Source: Abditibacterium sp.
GTDB taxonomy: Bacteria; Armatimonadota; Abditibacteriia; Abditibacteriales; Abditibacteriaceae
Assembly: GCA_965246885.1 (NCBI GenBank)
Contig: OZ251992.1
Location: 320,001 to 384,000 of the forward strand
Length of the DNA: 64,000 nt
Direction: 5' to 3'
The notes under the pieces: model-generated
The model's database searches: none
What the model was told of the DNA's origin: nothing
What the model saw: only the letters and a program-made list of their open reading frames with translations
Part shown: in pieces, positions 56,787-64,000 of the stretch
Layout: the number at the start of each line of letters is the position of its first letter
How positions within the stretch are numbered: the first letter of the stretch is position 1
Translations under genes and position numbers: made by a program

Positions 56787-57233
56787 TTACAATGCGGGTG
56801 GGCCGCGCGGAGGGGTCTGAGAATCGAAGAGTAACGGCGGCGGTCGCTTGGGTGCGGTCGCGTACATGACGCGCGACGTCGGGAACTGCCGCGCCGTCCA
56901 AACCGGCGCCGCGACGGGCAAAGCGAGGTGGAACGACGACGTCCCCGCCGCTTCTTTAACCGGCACAAATGGGGCGGGATGCGAGCGCAAGCAACCGCAC
57001 GTCGCGCCCGCGACTTTGCCCTTGAACGCCGCTCTGTGAGCGCACATCGGGCACGCCGGTTCTTTGACAACTCGGACGCAACGCGGACAATGCGCCGCCA
57101 AAGCGTGGGCTGTTGGCGATAGAGCCGCACCCCCGCCGAAGACGAGCGATGGTAGCACCATCATCCAGATGGAAAGCAACGCGAGTAGCGCGTCCACTCG
57201 CAGGCGGCGCGGCGGCGGGGGCATATCGAACAC
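56787..57233 (-). CDS. DUF2946-like Cys-rich leader protein ending in RGPP
   Basis: Hydrophobic N-terminus, CPRC, CPMC, CGC, C-terminal PPRGPPAL; directly upstream of the cupredoxin fusion. Confidence 0.65.
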   Translation of the reverse strand: MFDMPPPPRRLRVDALLALLSIWMMVLPSLVFGGGAALSPTAHALAAHCPRCVRVVKEPACPMCAHRAAFKGKVAGATCGCLRSHPAPFVPVKEAAGTSSFHLALPVAAPVWTARQFPTSRVMYATAPKRPPPLLFDSQTPPRGPPAL

Positions 57234-57366
57234 CTTTCAAACGCGCATGGGGGCGCTCTGTTCCCTGTCCGGGGTTATCCCTCTTCATCGCGGCGCCGAA
57301 GTTGCAATTTCTCTGACACCCGCGCCGCACGGCTAAACTCGGCGCTCTTGGGCTTGGCCCTTCTTT

Positions 57367-57747
57367 ATGGACAACAACATTCCCCACTGGGTTGCGGTGG
57401 CCGTCGGCCTCGCCAGCGTCATTCAGATCTTTACGGCGCTTGTGGCGCTTGTTTTGGGTGTCATCGTCATCGTGATTCTGCTTCAAATCAAGAATCAACT
57501 GACGCAGGACATCGTGCCGACGGTCGCCTCGACGCTTCGCAACGTCGAGAAAATCAGCGTGGACGCCGCCGCCACCACCCACAACGTGACCGGCGCGGCC
57601 AACCGCGTCTCGAACCTCATCGGCAACGCCGCCAACCGCATGGAATCGCCCATCATCCGCATCGTCGGCGTCGCCAGTGGCCTCATCGCGGCGGGCCGCT
57701 CCGTGAGCGGGAAAAAGAACGACAAAAAGCGGAAGAAACTCTTTTAG
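57367..57747 (+). CDS. DUF948-like membrane protein
   Basis: N-terminal TM followed by amphipathic helix; paired with a YtxH-like gene. Confidence 0.6.
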   Translation: MDNNIPHWVAVAVGLASVIQIFTALVALVLGVIVIVILLQIKNQLTQDIVPTVASTLRNVEKISVDAAATTHNVTGAANRVSNLIGNAANRMESPIIRIVGVASGLIAAGRSVSGKKNDKKRKKLF

Positions 57748-57809
57748 GGTTTGGGATGCGGGGTTTGGGTTCTAAACCCTCAATCCTAAACCCGAAATCC
57801 CACACCCGC
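57745..57809. repeat. Heptamer tandem repeats in inverted arrangement
   Basis: tagggtt/tgggatg/cggggtt/tgggttc then aaccctc/aatccta/aacccga/aatccca/cacccgc. Confidence 0.7.
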
Positions 57810-57816
57810 AGCTACT

Positions 57817-58365
57817 ATGGCACAAATCATTGAAACGCCCGACAAAATCGTGGTCGTCACGGGAACGCCGTTCAGTTCGGGCGTGCGCTTGCTCGTTGTC
57901 GGCGCGCTCATGGGCGCGGGCGGGATGTATTATTTCCTGACGAAAGGGCAACCGCAAAAGAAGTTCAAACCGGCGCGCGCCCTGCTGGTGAACCCCGTCA
58001 AGCGCCGGGGTCAGGCGGTTTTAGATGCGGGGCAAGCGAAGTTAGACGACGTGACGGACACCGTTTCGGGCGCCGCTTCGGACGTTCAAGACCGCATGGA
58101 GGACGCGGGCGAAGCGCTCGAAGAACGGGCCAAGAAGTTGCTCGGTCGCATCAAAACGCTCGCCGTCAAAGCCAAAGATTTGGCGCAAACGACGGGCACG
58201 GCGCTCAAGCCGCACCTGCAAGAGGCCATCGAAGAAGGCAAACGTGCCGCCGCCGAAGCACAAGCGCGCCTCAAGCAAGACGTGACGCGCGCCGGAGACC
58301 GCCCCGCCTTGGCCGAGGAAGACGGAGAACTCCCGTCGCAAAAGCCCGATAAACACATCGAATAG
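57817..58365 (+). CDS. YtxH-like helical protein
   Basis: Gly-rich hydrophobic segment then charged helix; AIEEGKRAA. Confidence 0.55.
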   Translation: MAQIIETPDKIVVVTGTPFSSGVRLLVVGALMGAGGMYYFLTKGQPQKKFKPARALLVNPVKRRGQAVLDAGQAKLDDVTDTVSGAASDVQDRMEDAGEALEERAKKLLGRIKTLAVKAKDLAQTTGTALKPHLQEAIEEGKRAAAEAQARLKQDVTRAGDRPALAEEDGELPSQKPDKHIE

Positions 58366-58403
58366 ACGGCGTTCGTCCGCCCACCGCCTCCCCACACCGA
58401 AAT

Positions 58404-58529
58404 CGGGGAGGAAATTACGCCATGCGGGGAGGCGGTAGTGCCGTGCGGGGAGGAATTCTTCCCGTGCGGGGAGGAAATCACGGGACGAGGGGAGGAAATC
58501 ATCGCGTGCGGGGAGGTATTTATCCCACG
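58404..58529. repeat. 21-bp-period tandem array, family E (core GGGGAGG), 6 units
   Basis: cggggaggaaattacgccatg / cggggaggcggtagtgccgtg / cggggaggaattcttcccgtg / cggggaggaaatcacgggacg / aggggaggaaatcatcgcgtg / cggggaggtatttatcccacg. Confidence 0.9.
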
Positions 58530-58571
58530 ACGGACGGCGGCAGTCAGAGCACCGCCCTCGGTTGAGGATGG

Positions 58572-58778
58572 TCAGACCAACTTATCGTATTGCGCTTGGT
58601 AATCGGAGCCGACGCGCGCTGACCAGAGATTCAGCGTCTTGTTCACGCACTTGAAGTGCAAGGGGGCGTGGTAGGGGTCTTACCGAAGTAGGGCGAAATT
58701 CTTGTCGCCGAGCTTTTGCACTTCTTGCGGAAGCCTGCGATACAAGAACCAGAAGCGAGGCAGGGCGAAGTGTTTCAC
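58572..58778 (-). pseudogene. RelE/ParE-like toxin pseudogene
   Basis: VKHFALPRFWFLYRRLPQEVQKLGDKNFALLR*DPYHAPLHFK...WSARVG...YDKLV*: internal TAA and apparently shortened C-terminal half. Confidence 0.75.
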
Positions 58779-58972
58779 AATGGGCGGCTCAACCCGGATT
58801 TTATTTCCGCGTCCACCTCTGCCAGTAACGCGTCCAACTTCCCGCTTTGCGTGTCGCGGGCGATTTGCTTGTCCCACTCGCGCGCCCGTAGCTCTTCGAG
58901 GTGCAGGGCAAGCGCGTCGCGCTCTTCTGGCGACAACGCTTCTATCAGCGATTCGATTTCTTTAACGCTCAT
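58775..58972 (-). CDS. Putative antitoxin (65 aa)
   Basis: MSVKEIE...WDKQIARD..SGKLD.L; stop overlaps the toxin GTG. Confidence 0.75.
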   Translation of the reverse strand: MSVKEIESLIEALSPEERDALALHLEELRAREWDKQIARDTQSGKLDALLAEVDAEIKSGLSRPL

Positions 58973-59055
58973 ACCCGTCAGTGTGCCACGCCGATAAATG
59001 CGGAGATACGTCGCTGGAGGGGAACGAAGCGGCGGCGGCGGGTTCTGAATGGGGC

Positions 59056-60933
59056 ATGACTTCCGGTTGGCGCGTGTTGGGACTCTTGTTGCTCCTCTGC
59101 TTTGCGGGGGGGCCGCGCGGCGCGTTCGCTCAGTCGCCGGTGACGTGGAGCGCGAGCGCACGAACGAAAGATGCGCGTGCCGGGGAAGTGGCGGTGGTGG
59201 CCTTGCGCGCCCAGATGCAAGCGGGCTGGCACATTTACGCGCCGACGACTCCGGCGGGGGGGCCAATCGTCACCACCATCGAAGTTGCGCCGGGCGCGAA
59301 GTTAGCACGCGCGGGCAAGACCACGCAGCCCTTGCCACTGCGCAAGTTCGACAAAGGCTTTGGCATCGAGGTCGAGACGTTCGAGAAGGACGTGACTTTC
59401 GGGGTGCCGCTTAAGCTGGCAAGCGACGCGAAGGGGAGCGTCAAAGCGGCGCTCCGGGTGCGTTTTCAAGCGTGCAACGCGCGGGTATGCTTGCCGCCCA
59501 AGACGGTGACGGTGCCGTTTACAGTTCAGGTGGCGCCGGGCCAAGCGCGCCCGGAGCGCCAGAAAGTCGCGCTCCCGCCCGTCTTTCCCCCGACTGCGGC
59601 GGCCAAGCCCGTCGCTATCAACAAGGGCGGCGGCAGTCCGCTCGCGTTTCTGCTGACGGCGTTTAGCGCGGGGTTTTTGGCGCTTTTGACGCCGTGCGTG
59701 TTTCCGATGATTCCCATCACGGTCTCGCTCTTCACGCCCAAGAACGGCGAGAAGCGCTCTCTGGCGGGGCCGCTTGTTTATTGCTTGGGCATCATCAGCA
59801 CGTTCACGCTTGTGGGCGTGCTCGTGTCCCTCTTGTTTGGGGCGGCGGGGCTGACGTTGTTCGCGGCGAACCCGTTTGTCAACCTTGCGCTCGCGGCGCT
59901 CTTCATTACGCTCGCACTGAATCTGTTCGGGGCATTCGAGATTTTCGTGCCCGCATCGGTGTTGAACCGCGTGTCGCCGCGCGGCAAAGAAGGGCTGCTC
60001 GCGCCTTTTCTGATGGGGCTGGCGTTCACGCTCACGTCGTTCACCTGCACCGTCCCGTTTGTGGGCAACACCCTTGTTTCCGCCGCGACGCAGGGCGTGT
60101 GGCTTCCGGCGTTAGGGATGCTCGCGTTTTCGACGGCTTTCGCCCTGCCGTTCTTCGGTCTCGCACTGTTTCCGGGCGCCCTCGCCAAGTTGCCGCGTTC
60201 GGGCGAGTGGCTGGTGTCGGTCAAAGCGTTCATGGGCTTCTTGGAGTTGGCGGCAGCGCTCAAGTTCTTGCAAGTCGCCGATCAAACGCTGGGCTTGGGG
60301 TTGATTACGCGTCCGGTGTTTCTGGCGATTTGGTTTGCGCTCGCGCTTGTGGCGGGGCTGTATTTGTTGCGCGTCTTGCGCTTGGCGAAGGATTCGCCGG
60401 AGCAGAAAATCGGCCCCTTGCGGCGCGTCTTGGGAGCCGCGACACTTTGTGTCGCGGCATGGATTCTGTCCGCTTTTAATGGCGGCTCGCTCCACGACCT
60501 GAACGCGTATCTGCCGCCGCGCGATTATGGGATGCGCACGGAGGCCAAGTCGCAGTGGGTCAAGAACGACTTGGACGGTGCCCTCGCGCTGGCAAAAGCG
60601 CAGAACAAGCCGCTTCTCATCAACTTCACCGGCAACGCTTGCACGAACTGCCGCTTGATGGAAAGCGACGTGCTGCCCACACCGGAGGTAACGCGCGAGT
60701 TGGGCGCGTTCGTGGCGGTGGAACTGATTACCGACGGGAGCGACCCGAAGTCGCGCGCGTTTTCGGAGTATCAGCAGCAGCATTTCGGCACCATTGCCAT
60801 TCCACTATACGCGGTGCTGGCGCCCGATGGACAGATACGCGGGCAATTGGCGGGCTTGGAGCGCGACCCCGACAAGTTCGCGGCCTTTCTGCGGGAAGCG
60901 CGCCCCGCGACGAGGGTGGCACAAGCGAATTAA
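59056..60933 (+). CDS. dsbD: DsbD-family thiol:disulfide interchange protein
   Basis: GWHIY, QACNARVCLPP, LTPCVFPMIP, SFTCTVP, FTG.ACTNC. Confidence 0.88.
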   Translation: MTSGWRVLGLLLLLCFAGGPRGAFAQSPVTWSASARTKDARAGEVAVVALRAQMQAGWHIYAPTTPAGGPIVTTIEVAPGAKLARAGKTTQPLPLRKFDKGFGIEVETFEKDVTFGVPLKLASDAKGSVKAALRVRFQACNARVCLPPKTVTVPFTVQVAPGQARPERQKVALPPVFPPTAAAKPVAINKGGGSPLAFLLTAFSAGFLALLTPCVFPMIPITVSLFTPKNGEKRSLAGPLVYCLGIISTFTLVGVLVSLLFGAAGLTLFAANPFVNLALAALFITLALNLFGAFEIFVPASVLNRVSPRGKEGLLAPFLMGLAFTLTSFTCTVPFVGNTLVSAATQGVWLPALGMLAFSTAFALPFFGLALFPGALAKLPRSGEWLVSVKAFMGFLELAAALKFLQVADQTLGLGLITRPVFLAIWFALALVAGLYLLRVLRLAKDSPEQKIGPLRRVLGAATLCVAAWILSAFNGGSLHDLNAYLPPRDYGMRTEAKSQWVKNDLDGALALAKAQNKPLLINFTGNACTNCRLMESDVLPTPEVTRELGAFVAVELITDGSDPKSRAFSEYQQQHFGTIAIPLYAVLAPDGQIRGQLAGLERDPDKFAAFLREARPATRVAQAN

Positions 60934-61028
60934 GCGCGGCGAGTGATTTGCTAAAGCATCCTCCAATTGCATCGGGGTCAGGCGCCGTTTGGCTTGGCCT
61001 TAGTTTAGTTTGCAAGGCGGAACCCTTT

Positions 61029-61739
61029 ATGCTCAATCCCAAGGAAGACGCGGCGCTCGACATGGGCGCAGAAGGCGTCAAATCTCCGGCGCGGCGCCAA
61101 TTTTTTGCCCTCGCCACTGCCGTTGGCGGCGTCGCCCTCGCAGGCGCCATTTATAAACCGGCGCAGGCCGACATCGTTGCCACCCTCGGCAAGATATTCT
61201 ACCTCGACCCAACCGTCCTCAACTTCGCGTTCGCCATTGAGGAACTCCAAACCGACTTCTTCTCCCGCGTGTCCCGCGCTTACGGCTACTCGCAGTTGTC
61301 CGGCGAAGAGCGCGCGGCGTTCTCGCTTATGGGCAGTCAAGATATGGCGCACAAGGACATCTTGTATGCCCTCCGCGACGCCATCGGCGCCAAGGATGCT
61401 GGCTCGTTCGAGACGCTCAACGCGAGCGAGTCGCGCCGTCCGCGCATCTTTACCTATCCGCAGTTGAATTCGCGCGAGCAACTACTGGCCGCCGCGCTCG
61501 ACATCAAGGAGAACACGCTGTTCACGTATCACGGCGCCGTCGGTCTGCTCGGCAACAAGAAGCTGCTTTCGACAGCGGTCGCCATCGCGGGCATCGAAGG
61601 GCGTCACGTCGCCATTCTCTCGCAGTTCGTGGGCCAATCGCCCGTGCCCGCACCGTTCGAGGGCGCCATCAATGCCACCGTCGCGGGCAACCGCTTCGCC
61701 AAGTATGGCCTGAAAGGAGGCTCTCCCCAACAGTCATGA
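61029..61739 (+). CDS. Ferritin-like domain protein with Tat signal
   Basis: ARRQFF signal; VLNFAFAIEEL, IAGIEGRH. Confidence 0.8.
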   Translation: MLNPKEDAALDMGAEGVKSPARRQFFALATAVGGVALAGAIYKPAQADIVATLGKIFYLDPTVLNFAFAIEELQTDFFSRVSRAYGYSQLSGEERAAFSLMGSQDMAHKDILYALRDAIGAKDAGSFETLNASESRRPRIFTYPQLNSREQLLAAALDIKENTLFTYHGAVGLLGNKKLLSTAVAIAGIEGRHVAILSQFVGQSPVPAPFEGAINATVAGNRFAKYGLKGGSPQQS

Positions 61740-62602
61740 AACCCGAAATCATTACCCCGAACCGCGACATCGTTACGCCCGGAAATGTCCCTGCGCAGCC
61801 CGTTGCCGCACCGAGCGATTGGTCGCGCCATGCGGCACTACTCGTTGGCGTCGCAGGTCTGGCCGGAATCGCTTCCGCGCAGGACGCTACGCCCGCAACA
61901 CCAACGACTGGCACTCCCGCCACGCCAACTACCGGCGCCGATACGACAATGCCGATGTCTAACGGTGGCATTATGCACGGCGGTATAATGCCCGTAGTGC
62001 CCGCGCCCACCGACAGCCAAGCCGTTGAGGGCAACTCCGCCGTGCCCAGCACGTCGAAGAACCCGAACAACCCCGCGCTCACCATTCCCAAGAGCGGCAA
62101 GAGCGCCAAGAAGAGCGACATAGACATCCTCAACTTCGCGCTGGGCTTGGAGTATCTCGAAGCCGAGTTCTACGCCCGCGTCGTCGCCGCCCAAGGACGC
62201 CGCGCGTATCTCAATCCGCGCGTGTTTGAGGCCGCGCAGCGTTTGGCGGCGGATGAAGCCGCGCACGTCACGGCCATCACCGACATCTTGACCCGCGCGG
62301 GCGCTACCCCCGTCACCAAACCGACGTTCAAGTTCCCCGACGCCGCCTTTTACTCTCCCGTCGCGTTTCTCGACATCGCAACCAGCATGGAAGAAACGGG
62401 TGTCGGCGCTTACTCCGACGCCGCGCCGAAAGTCGTCTCGAAAGACGTCTTGCGCTTCGCCGCGTCGGTGTATGGCATCGAGTGCCGCCATACCGCGCTG
62501 ATCCGCCACCTCGCAGGCCGCTCCTTCGCCCCCACCGACACGGAAATCCCGCTTTCGATGGAAGAAGTTCAGCGCCGCGTGGCGCCCTTCATCGCAGCGT
62601 AA
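61736..62602 (+). CDS. Ferritin-like domain protein
   Basis: DIDILNFALGLEYLEAEFY, DEAAH, EETGVGAY, IECRH. Confidence 0.85.
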   Translation: MKPEIITPNRDIVTPGNVPAQPVAAPSDWSRHAALLVGVAGLAGIASAQDATPATPTTGTPATPTTGADTTMPMSNGGIMHGGIMPVVPAPTDSQAVEGNSAVPSTSKNPNNPALTIPKSGKSAKKSDIDILNFALGLEYLEAEFYARVVAAQGRRAYLNPRVFEAAQRLAADEAAHVTAITDILTRAGATPVTKPTFKFPDAAFYSPVAFLDIATSMEETGVGAYSDAAPKVVSKDVLRFAASVYGIECRHTALIRHLAGRSFAPTDTEIPLSMEEVQRRVAPFIAA

Positions 62603-62620
62603 AGCCAAAGCAAAAGGAAC

Positions 62621-62648
62621 CAAGGCCGCGACACATGTCGCGGCCTTG
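62621..62648. terminator. Terminator-like hairpin
   Basis: caaggccgcgaca...tgtcgcggccttg between convergent genes. Confidence 0.75.
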
Positions 62649-62675
62649 ATTGCCTTTAGGGACTAATTCAGTCGC

Positions 62676-62700
62676 AAGGGCAACCCCTGTGGTTGCCCTT
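62676..62700. repeat. REP-like hairpin (AAGGGCAACC family)
   Basis: aagggcaacc-cctgt-ggttgccctt. Confidence 0.6.
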
Positions 62701-63181
62701 ACATGCCAGAAGCGAGCGTCCGGATATGCCCCGCCAACTCCTCCACGCTCCCGACTATCTCCACTTCGGGGCGCGCCAGTTCCAGTTGGATGAACAAGTC
62801 AGCGCGTCGCATGTACTCGGGGTGCGCGCCGACGAGGATGGGTTTGGGGTTGCCGCTCGCGTCGCGCCAGTTCGCCCACGCGCCGAGTTCGTAGAGGGTG
62901 ATGGGGCAAAGCGTTTCCCTCACGAACCAGAACGAGACGGCGCGGGCGGACTTTAAATGATGGTGTTCCCAAGCAATTTGCTCGCGGAGCGCGTTCGGGT
63001 CGTGGGCGGGGTAGTCGTTGCGGCGCGGGTTGAGGAGGGTGAGATCGGTGTCGGCCAAGCGCTCGACGAGGTCGCTTTGCCAGTCGGGAACGACGGCGCC
63101 CACCCCAATGCCACCCGCCAGAAAGACGCTCTTTCCCAGCAGTTCGGGCGGGACGGTGGCGGGCGCGCGGAAGAGGTGCAT
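62699..63181 (-). CDS. Nucleoside 2-deoxyribosyltransferase-like domain protein
   Basis: SVFLAGGI, DWQ, NPRR, QIAWE, PITLYELG. Confidence 0.8.
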   Translation of the reverse strand: MHLFRAPATVPPELLGKSVFLAGGIGVGAVVPDWQSDLVERLADTDLTLLNPRRNDYPAHDPNALREQIAWEHHHLKSARAVSFWFVRETLCPITLYELGAWANWRDASGNPKPILVGAHPEYMRRADLFIQLELARPEVEIVGSVEELAGHIRTLASGM

Positions 63182-63184
63182 CGG

Positions 63185-63910
63185 TTAGGGGCGCGGGTTA
63201 AGCTGCGAGGCGGCGGCCTCGTCGAGGAACCAGACGAGTTCGCCGTCGGTGGGCGCGACGCCGGTCGCGGGCAGAGTGTGCACGTCGCGCGGGCCGTTGA
63301 TGATCTGCTGGATGCGCGCGGCTTTGGCGCCTTCGGTGACGAGGAAGTAGACCTTGCGCGAGGCGTTGATTTCGGGAAAAGTGAAGGTAACGCGGCGCAC
63401 GAACGGCTCCAACGTCGAAACGGGCGTCGCCGTCACACGCTTGGCGACTTCGTCGAGTTGAGGCGAATGCGGGAACAGCGAGGCGGTGTGCCCATCGGGG
63501 CCAAGGCCGAGCAGGTTAACATCCACGCGCGGCCCGAACTGGCGGATGCGGCGCTCATAGTTCGCGGCGGCGAGGTCGGGGTCGCTCTCCTCGCCTTCGA
63601 TGCGCACGAGGCACTGTGAGATTTCGTAACCGAGCGTTTGCTGCGCCATGAGGAAGTTCGAGTTCGGGTCGTCGGGCGCGACGGCGCGGTCGTCGCCAAA
63701 GAGGAGGACGATGTTTTCCCATGCAAAGCGCCCAAACCAGTCGTCGGAGCCAAGCCGTTGATACAGCGCCTTGGGCGTGGAGCCGCCGGACAGCGCGAAG
63801 ATGAACACGCCGCGCGCGGCGATGGCTTCGCGTGCGTCATCCGCGAGGGCGGCTGCGAGGTCTTCGACTAACTGCGCCGCGTCGGGGGCGATGTGGATGT
63901 GAGTGGACAT
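63185..63910 (-). CDS. pgl: 6-phosphogluconolactonase
   Basis: ALSGGSTP, GDDRAV...SN, LGLGPDGHTASLFP, WFLDEAAA. Confidence 0.93.
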   Translation of the reverse strand: MSTHIHIAPDAAQLVEDLAAALADDAREAIAARGVFIFALSGGSTPKALYQRLGSDDWFGRFAWENIVLLFGDDRAVAPDDPNSNFLMAQQTLGYEISQCLVRIEGEESDPDLAAANYERRIRQFGPRVDVNLLGLGPDGHTASLFPHSPQLDEVAKRVTATPVSTLEPFVRRVTFTFPEINASRKVYFLVTEGAKAARIQQIINGPRDVHTLPATGVAPTDGELVWFLDEAAASQLNPRP

Positions 63911-63919
63911 GATGTTGGC

Positions 63920-64000
63920 TTAGTTGACCGGTTTGTGCCAGCGCCTGCCGTCTCGGTTGATGAACTCGTCGGCTTCGGTTGGCCCCCAACTTTGCGGGGC
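63920..64000 (-). CDS. zwf: 3' end of probable glucose-6-phosphate dehydrogenase (truncated by window edge)
   Basis: APQSWGPTEADEFINRDGRRWHKPVN* resembles the G6PDH C-terminus; adjacent to pgl. Confidence 0.7.
   Translation of the reverse strand, partial: APQSWGPTEADEFINRDGRRWHKPVN

Noticed and set aside
9421..58529. 21-bp arrays as canonical CRISPR arrays
   Set aside because: Units are only 21 bp in total with degenerate cores and short variable parts, and no cas genes are in the window.
58680..58682. Recoding of the internal stop in the toxin
   Set aside because: The codon is TAA rather than TGA/TAG, and the gene also looks internally deleted, so decay is simpler.
1..64000. rRNA, tRNA or prophage
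   Set aside because: No recognisable conserved RNA gene sequence or phage structural or integrase genes by eye; tRNAscan-SE and Infernal would be needed to exclude small RNAs.

Overview
GC-rich bacterial chromosomal segment, most consistent with Armatimonadota (Abditibacterium-like). This taxonomic call is an inference from the DUF1559/H-X9-DG prepilin gene, the UBact-proteasome genes and the choice-of-anchor-Q surface protein. Gene content in order: a carbohydrate/amide catabolic operon (1-9.3 kb); a prepilin-like gene, a giant surface protein with 60 G(S/G)TT repeats and an HTTM gene; sugar oxidoreductases; a large GH2-like hydrolase; a variable hotspot (25.57-29.34 kb); a UBact/20S-proteasome/PafA cluster; three tandem GT87-like genes; MarR-EmrAB; SRAP, ThuA, a flippase, rhamnulokinase/AraC, PhyH and a DksA-like gene; cytochrome c maturation genes (CxxxY-type CcmE, CcmF); a putative copper module (CxxC/RGPP leader ORF plus cupredoxin-barrel fusion); DsbD, two ferritin-like genes, pgl and the 3' end of zwf. 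Two non-coding signals stand out. (1) In the hotspot, two toxin-antitoxin pairs are each bracketed by copies of a fibronectin-III-like gene-end remnant, and two orphan genes are bracketed by related hairpins, giving a cassette-array-like layout. (2) Seven dispersed tandem arrays have an exact 21-bp period, mostly a conserved core plus a variable half. They fall into five sequence families, and one array sits in-frame inside the GH2 gene. No rRNA, tRNA or canonical CRISPR array was seen. All protein calls come from motif recognition, not database searches.
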